From contig OX597814.1 of NCBI GenBank assembly GCA_951406725.2, positions 101,308,001 to 101,372,000 on the forward strand: a stretch of DNA of 64,000 nucleotides, given 5' to 3'. A model generated the notes under the pieces. The model worked only from the letters and a program-made list of their open reading frames with translations. It ran no database searches and had not been told where the DNA came from. A program made the translations under genes and the position numbers. Each line of letters opens with the position of its first letter. Position 1 is the first letter of the stretch. Shown here piece after piece: positions 56,901-64,000 of this stretch. The DNA is from Octopus vulgaris (taxonomy: Eukaryota).

Positions 56901-57475
56901 TATATAGGAAGTACTAGTTATCCAATAATTAGTATCACACGAGTCTATGTGCTCACCAGCAATATCATCGATACTTTTTAGCATGAGAGCAGTTAGCTTT
57001 TTCTGACGCTCAACGAAATCTGGAAAAAAATTTCAAGAGCGGTGTTTAAAAAATGCTTTTATATTAAATATATTCCACAATCGTTATTTTGTCGAAACGG
57101 TTACAAAGGGGAGATATACGAGAGTTTAGTGATGGCGGTAGCTATTTGTTTACATTATCTTTGATCTCTCTCATGGTAGATTTTGACCGGTTCTCACAGT
57201 TTAAGAAACCTGTTCATAACTATGTTTATGAATATCAGCCATGGTCGTAGAAATGAAAATCCCGTGGCGTAAAAAATATTTTGTAATCCATAAAGTAAAT
57301 GATGCTTCTCTTATTCATAAGGGAAGAAATAATCCAGTAGCTCATTTCAACTGGAAGAATTGGCATAATTCTAGAATACGCATAAAATGGCATTTTAAAA
57401 ATGTCTTCTAAGCTTGCATATTTGATGTTGACAGTGCCATACATACATATATACATACATACATACATACATACA

Positions 57476-57552
<77 letters not shown>

Positions 57553-57830
57553 TTAATAAGGGTGAGAGAATTAGATACTAATTTAATAGTATATTTATTC
57601 CACACCAAGTGGCCTAGTGCTACGAGAAACCTGGATTATTATAATATTTTATAACATATTATAATATTTTCACAAAATAAATATAAGAGAGTGGTCACTA
57701 TATTAATCACTCTAGCACCAGTTAATCCAAAAGGTTTCAACCACGAAAATACATGTTTCCCATGAAAGCCAGTACGACTGTTAGCTCACACGGACAGGGC
57801 AAATAAAAAATAACAAAAATACAGATTATT

Positions 57831-57906
57831 TTGGGACAATTGTTTCGCTATTAATGAATTAAATGTAATATTACTTACAATAATCCATTTGTAGCTCTTC
57901 AGCCAA
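57831..57906 (-). ncRNA. Type I hammerhead ribozyme, array unit 1
   Basis: Minus strand: UUGG-CUGAAGA-GCUA..AAUGGA..UGUAA/UUACA..UUCAUU..UAGC-GAAA-C-AAUU-G-UC-CCAA; all core nucleotides present; predicted cut between 57835 and 57834. Confidence 0.88.
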
Positions 57907-58363
57907 GACTATCTGGATGAAATCCACTCAATCACACGCCAGATTTTACCATAACGATAAATACGCGTGCGGTTCAATTGATTACATCGGACGTTATAAT
58001 TCAAATGCCCCAACCAACAGCGCGCCAAACTCACACGGAAAACAAATACAGCATTTAGAAATAAATGCAGCATAATTATAATTAATTAATAAGGGTGAGA
58101 GAATTAGATACTAATTTAATAGTATATTTATTCCACACCAAGTGGCCTAGTGCTACGAGAAACCTGGATTATTATAATATTTTATAACATATTATAATAT
58201 TTTCACAAAATAAATATAAGAGAGTGGTCACTATATTAATCACTCTAGCACCAGTTAATCCAAAAGGTTTCAACCACGAAAATACATGTTTCCCATGAAA
58301 GCCAGTACGACTGTTAGCTCACACGGACAGGGCAAATAAAAAATAACAAAAATACAGATTATT

Positions 58364-58439
58364 TTGGGACAATTGTTTCGCTATTAATGAATTAAATGTA
58401 ATATTACTTACAATAATCCATTTGTAGCTCTTCAGCCAA
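58364..58439 (-). ncRNA. Type I hammerhead ribozyme, array unit 2
   Basis: Identical to unit 1. Confidence 0.88.
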
Positions 58440-58896
58440 GACTATCTGGATGAAATCCACTCAATCACACGCCAGATTTTACCATAACGATAAATACGCG
58501 TGCGGTTCAATTGATTACATCGGACGTTATAATTCAAATGCCCCAACCAACAGCGCGCCAAACTCACACGGAAAACAAATACAGCATTTAGAAATAAATG
58601 CAGCATAATTATAATTAATTAATAAGGGTGAGAGAATTAGATACTAATTTAATAGTATATTTATTCCACACCAAGTGGCCTAGTGCTACGAGAAACCTGG
58701 ATTATTATAATATTTTATAACATATTATAATATTTTCACAAAATAAATATAAGAGAGTGGTCACTATATTAATCACTCTAGCACCAGTTAATCCAAAAGG
58801 TTTCAACCACGAAAATACATGTTTCCCATGAAAGCCAGTACGACTGTTAGCTCACACGGACAGGGCAAATAAAAAATAACAAAAATACAGATTATT

Positions 58897-58972
58897 TTGG
58901 GACAATTGTTTCGCTATTAATGAATTAAATGTAATATTACTTACAATAATCCATTTGTAGCTCTTCAGCCAA
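58897..58972 (-). ncRNA. Type I hammerhead ribozyme, array unit 3
   Basis: Identical to unit 1. Confidence 0.88.
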
Positions 58973-59429
58973 GACTATCTGGATGAAATCCACTCAATCA
59001 CACGCCAGATTTTACCATAACGATAAATACGCGTGCGGTTCAATTGATTACATCGGACGTTATAATTCAAATGCCCCAACCAACAGCGCGCCAAACTCAC
59101 ACGGAAAACAAATACAGCATTTAGAAATAAATGCAGCATAATTATAATTAATTAATAAGGGTGAGAGAATTAGATACTAATTTAATAGTATATTTATTCC
59201 ACACCAAGTGGCCTAGTGCTACGAGAAACCTGGATTATTATAATATTTTATAACATATTATAATATTTTCACAAAATAAATATAAGAGAGTGGTCACTAT
59301 ATTAATCACTCTAGCACCAGTTAATCCAAAAGGTTTCAACCACGAAAATACATGTTTCCCATGAAAGCCAGTACGACTGTTAGCTCACACGGACAGGGCA
59401 AATAAAAAATAACAAAAATACAGATTATT

Positions 59430-59505
59430 TTGGGACAATTGTTTCGCTATTAATGAATTAAATGTAATATTACTTACAATAATCCATTTGTAGCTCTTCA
59501 GCCAA
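59430..59505 (-). ncRNA. Type I hammerhead ribozyme, array unit 4
   Basis: Identical to unit 1. Confidence 0.88.
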
Positions 59506-59961
59506 GACTATCTGGATGAAATCCACTCAATCACACGCCAGATTTTACCATACGATAAGTACGCGTGCGGTTCAATTGATTACATCGGACGTTATAATTC
59601 AAATGCCCCAACCAACAGCGCGCCAAACTCACACGGAAAACAAATACAGCATTTAGAAATAAATGCAGCATAATTATAATTAATTAATAAGGGTGAGAGA
59701 ATTAGATACTAATTTAATAGTATATTTATTCCACACCAAGTGGCCTAGTGCTACGAGAAACCTGGATTATTATAATATTTTATAACATATTATAATATTT
59801 TCACAAAATAAATATAAGAGAGTGGTCACTATATTAATCACTCTAGCACCAGTTAATCCAAAAGGTTTCAACCACGAAAATACATGTTTCCCATGAAAGC
59901 CAGTACGACTGTTAGCTCACACGGACAGGGCAAATAAAAAATAACAAAAATACAGATTATT

Positions 59962-60037
59962 TTGGGACAATTGTTTCGCTATTAATGAATTAAGTGTAAT
60001 ATTACTTACAATAATCCATTTGTAGCTCTTCAGCCAA
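59962..60037 (-). ncRNA. Type I hammerhead ribozyme, array unit 5
   Basis: As unit 1 with one substitution in distal stem II (TTAAGTGT). Confidence 0.88.
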
Positions 60038-60494
60038 GACTATCTGGATGAAATCCACTCAATCACACGCCAGATTTTACCATAACGATAAATACGCGTG
60101 CGGTTCAATTGATTACATCGGACGTTATAATTCAAATGCCCCAACCAACAGCGCGCCAAACTCACACGGAAAACAAATACAGCATTTAGAAATAAATGCA
60201 GCATAATTATAATTAATTAATAAGGGTGAGAGAATTAGATACTAATTTAATAGTATATTTATTCCACACCAAGTGGCCTAGTGCTACGAGAAACCTGGAT
60301 TATTATAATATTTTATAACATATTATAATATTTTCACAAAATAAATATAAGAGAGTGGTCACTATATTAATCACTCTAGCACCAGTTAATCCAAAAGGTT
60401 TCAACCACGAAAATACATGTTTCCCATGAAAGCCAGTACGACTGTTAGCTCACACGGACAGGGCAAATAAAAAATAACAAAATTACAGATTATT

Positions 60495-60570
60495 TTGGGA
60501 CAATTGTTTCGCTATTAATGAATTAAATGTAATATTACTTACAATAATCCATTTGTAGCTCTTCAGCCAA
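60495..60570 (-). ncRNA. Type I hammerhead ribozyme, array unit 6
   Basis: Identical to unit 1. Confidence 0.88.
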
Positions 60571-60622
60571 GACTATCTGGATGAAATCCACTCAATCACA
60601 CGCCAGATTTTACCATAACGAT

Positions 60623-60712
60623 TGGGAAACATGTATTTTTCGTGGTTGAAACTTTTTGGATTAACTGGTGCTAGAGTGATCAATATAGTGACCACTCTCT
60701 TATATTTATTTT
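60623..60712 (+). repeat. Inverted partial copy (~90 bp) of the array unit
   Basis: TGGGAAACATGTATTTT..GACCACTCTCTTATATTTATTTT is the reverse complement of ~60337-60426 with ~3 differences. Confidence 0.92.
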
Positions 60713-60716
60713 ATAT

Positions 60717-60782
<66 letters not shown>

Positions 60783-60785
<3 letters not shown>

Positions 60786-61222
60786 AAACTCGGGGAGAGC
60801 GTAACAGCAGGTGGTCCTCAGAGGAAAAACCCCTTAAGGCAGGTGTTTCGGCCCTTAACTTCTGACACTCTTGGGCGGACGGGCGGACTACATCCGAGTC
60901 ATGACTCCCGGATGTCCACCTGTCGTCCGTTTTAGCACGCTTTAGGTGGTATTGGTTTCTCTGCTTTCTAGCACGTGTTCTGCGACCTTGAAAGGGACTA
61001 AGTACCCGTTTCCAGCTGCGTACACTGGCGAGCGCTCGGACGACCCAGGTGTGAGGGTTCTTTTTTTCTAACGGTGCCAGCGGATTCGAACTCGGATCGC
61101 CGGCTCCAGAGGCGCAAGCTTACACGACTACGTCAAATTGGACCAAATGAAGCATTATGAAGTTGATCTTTGTTCCTCCTAGACCAGATCCAACTTGAGG
61201 CCTTCTCCGCCGCTATTTCCAT
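60783..61222 (-). mobile_element. Composite element: HERO-like ORF C-terminus, tRNA-like SINE head and structured 3' region
   Basis: Minus strand: MEIAAEKASSWIWSRR resembles the HERO-clade terminal AAExASxWLWxxR; tRNA-like head 61144-61073 with B-box GAGTTCGAATCC and acceptor-like GGTCCA/TGGCACC; GC hairpin ~60875-60930. Confidence 0.6.
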
Positions 61223-61238
61223 GTATACATGTATATAT

Positions 61239-61269
<31 letters not shown>

Positions 61270-61840
61270 CCAATGGAACAAAAACACAATAGAGGGCATT
61301 AAAACGTTCGGACAGATACACGATACAAAGACGGACAAGAGAAACATCAATTAGAAGGATAGGTAAAAAAAGGAAAGGTCATTCGTGGCTTTCTTTCATC
61401 AGTCAAGTCCCACAAGTCACGACCATTTCGGGCAGTTACACATGAGATGGTTCGATCTGGTTGCCTCAAAACAAGTCGAAGCTATGAGCATTAGACCTCT
61501 TGTAAGATAGCTAGCGAATGTGTGCGGTAACAAAGAAAAAAAAATAAACAGAAAAATGGAGCAAATGGTACACAATTGCGAATACAAACAACAAGAAATA
61601 ACAACAGACTGAGAACAAATCAAATTCAGCGGGCGTGTATGAAGTGAAAGCCTAAAGACAGGAACATGGGAGAGACACACAAGAGATGTTGACGGTCTGC
61701 AGTCAGGTCAAGAAATCAGAGAGAAGTGGAGCAAGAAAAAGGAAGGAAAATGAGAGAGGTAATAAAATATAGAGTAAGAGTCGTACAAAATTTAGATACA
61801 TACCTTCTATAAGGTGAGCACAAGGGTGTACGTACGCCGC
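61270..61840 (-). mobile_element. Microsatellite-flanked repeat, probably Penelope-derived; truncated second copy at 62312-62472
   Basis: GGAACAAAAACRCAATAGAGGGCATTAAAACGTTCGGACAGATA..GGCTTTCTTTCATCAGTCAAGT shared by both copies. Confidence 0.6.
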
Positions 61841-61873
<33 letters not shown>

Positions 61874-61887
61874 ATATTATAGAGGTC

Positions 61888-62111
61888 ATTATTACACATA
61901 AATGCCGCACGCTAGGAGGGACTCTTAAAGTCAAAGCTACCAAAACAAACATATCGTACCGAATGCAAGTCTTGAAGCAAGACTCATTTAAAAACAGAAT
62001 TTAGCTGTTTTAAATTACTTTCTTCGAGACTTGCATTAGGTACGATATGTTTATTTTGGTAGTTTTGACTTTAAGAGTCCCTCCTAGCGTGCGGCATTTT
62101 TGTGTAATAAT
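61888..62111. repeat. Foldback (long inverted repeat) between AT tracts
   Basis: Arms 61888-61977 and 62022-62111 are highly complementary; the inner TTTAAAAACAG/CTGTTTTAAA also pairs. Confidence 0.9.
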
Positions 62112-62225
62112 ATAATATAATATAAATAAATATATTCAAGTGGAAAAAATTTACAGATTTTTCTCTTATGAGGTTTTTCACGCTAACTACTTGATAATTT
62201 CTTATAAAGATTTTATCCTATTTTT

Positions 62226-62313
<88 letters not shown>

Positions 62314-62491
62314 GAACAAAAACGCAATAGAGGGCATTAAAACGTTCGGACAGATAGATGAAACAAAGGCGGACAAGAGAAACAACAATTACAAGGACAG
62401 GCAAAATAAGACAGGTAATTTATGGCTTTCTTTCATCAGTCAAGTTCCAGAAGTCACGACCTTTTCGGACAGATATATATATATATATATA

Positions 62492-62776
62492 TCACGTGAT
62501 CACGTGACCGACCAGGCTATCAGATGTTGCTACACATCGCTGGTTACAATGCGTTTCGCATTGTTTTAGCCTTCGAATGACGCCACCCCGCTGGCTAAGC
62601 GAGCAGGCCAACAGAAGAAAGAGTGAAAGAAAGTTGTGGCGAATGAGTACAGCAGGGATCGCCACCACCCCCTGCCAGAGCCTCGTGGAGCTTTAGGTGT
62701 TTTCGCTCAATAAACACTCACAACGCCCGGTCTGGGAATCGAAACCGCGATTCTACGACCGCGAGTCCGCTGCCCT
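62492..62776 (-). mobile_element. tRNA-derived SINE, third family
   Basis: Reverse complement of the 16604 head (GGGAATCGAAACCGCG..GAGTCCGCTGCCCT) plus body ending ..CACGTGATCACGTGAT. Confidence 0.85.
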
Positions 62777-62801
62777 ATTACTTATAAAAAGTATAGCATA
62801 A

Positions 62802-62839
<38 letters not shown>

Positions 62840-62864
62840 TTATCCTATACTTTTTATAAGTAAT
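62777..62864. repeat. Palindrome centred on (TA)n
   Basis: ATTACTTATAAAAAGTATAGCATAAG-(TA)n-CTTATCCTATACTTTTTATAAGTAAT, one mismatch. Confidence 0.9.
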
Positions 62865-63307
62865 CTTCGTATGAAGCTGCACAAGCAGAATTCTAAATCT
62901 AAAACGTACACATCGAATCACATTTTTTAAAATTATTATTTCTTCCTTGGAGTAAAGACAAATTGATCCAAAACTGGGTGCTTATATTACCTGCTATTCT
63001 CTCATCAATGTTTTAAGGACACATATTAGAAACAAAAATAGAAATTCTCGGAGAAATAGAAAATAAAATATTACAGGAAACCTGATATGTGACACAGAAC
63101 AACAATGATAACACATTATAATATTTGTTTAGATATTTTCATTATTTGTCTCTGCTACAGAAATTTCAACGTAAGAACAGCTGATGAAAAATGCAAGCAA
63201 AATATTAAGTAAAAAGAAAATTGCAATTAACCAAACGTGTAAGAAAAAGCTTGTGTGTGTGTGTGTGTCTATATAGATATGTATGAACGTATACATATAT
63301 GTATAAC

Positions 63308-63338
<31 letters not shown>

Positions 63339-63350
63339 ATGTGTGTGTGT

Positions 63351-63386
<36 letters not shown>

Positions 63387-63562
63387 ATACATATGCACGC
63401 ACACACACACACACATATATATATATATGCATATATTTTATCACATATATATTACATACATATATATCTATATAGTATATATATATAATATATCAAGAGC
63501 ATGTATGAGTGTATAAATGTATTCAAACATATATATATGTATATATGTGTATACATATATAT

Positions 63563-63617
<55 letters not shown>

Positions 63618-63666
63618 CATATATATATATATACACACAAATATGTGTATATGTACATGAATAAAT

Positions 63667-63735
<69 letters not shown>

Positions 63736-63960
63736 CAGATAGACAGATAGATATTTAAGTAAGGGTGTTTATAAATGCGTGCGTGTATATATATGTATAA
63801 GTTACTCAGAAATAGAAGCCCCCTCCAGCACTCAGTCGTACACTTAAATAGCTAATGCTCAAAAAAAGAGAAACCATGATACGTAACATCTGTCCTATGG
63901 GACGACGTACCTAATTTCTTAATATGTATATTACGAAATCACTAATTATCATTGTTGTTG

Positions 63961-64000
<40 letters not shown>

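Larger units (their letters stand above)
57544..60622 (-). repeat. Tandem array of ~5.8 near-identical 533-bp hammerhead-containing units (retrozyme / Penelope pLTR-type)
   Basis: GGGTGAG anchors at 57560, 58093, 58626, 59159, 59691 and 60224 (period 533, once 532); flanked by (TA)n. Confidence 0.95.

Noticed and set aside
57000-57440. Penelope RT remnant next to the array (ORF 57235-57504)
   Set aside because: Only vague resemblance; no RT or GIY-YIG motif recognisable without a profile search.
57544-60622. CRISPR array or coding repeat
   Set aside because: Units are identical 533-bp blocks with no spacers and no ORF; eukaryotic context.
61073-61144. Genuine tRNA gene (also the SINE heads at 5677, 12010, 16604)
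   Set aside because: Cloverleaf arms do not pair properly and the heads continue into SINE bodies.

Overview
AT-rich, microsatellite-saturated eukaryotic non-coding DNA. The SINE types and very dense (TA)n/(TG)n/(GATA)n/trinucleotide tracts suggest an octopod cephalopod (inference). No intact host gene is supportable; nearly all track ORFs are translations of simple repeats. The window holds decayed retroelements (Tx1/L1-like, R4/Dong-like, RTE, CR1, HERO-like), three tRNA-derived SINE families, Tc1/mariner, pogo and hAT relics, a non-autonomous Helitron and a candidate solo LTR. The main signal is self-cleaving RNA. A ~5.8-copy tandem array of a 533-bp unit (57544-60622) carries an intact minimal type I hammerhead in every unit and ends in an inverted tail, as in Penelope pLTRs and retrozymes. 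About nine further hammerhead-like motifs lie in small elements between microsatellites, and most keep a palindromic loop III although the sequences differ. Two elements (60812-60871, 61385-61454) show the three hammerhead strands in a non-canonical, pseudoknotted order. All structures were paired by eye, not computed.
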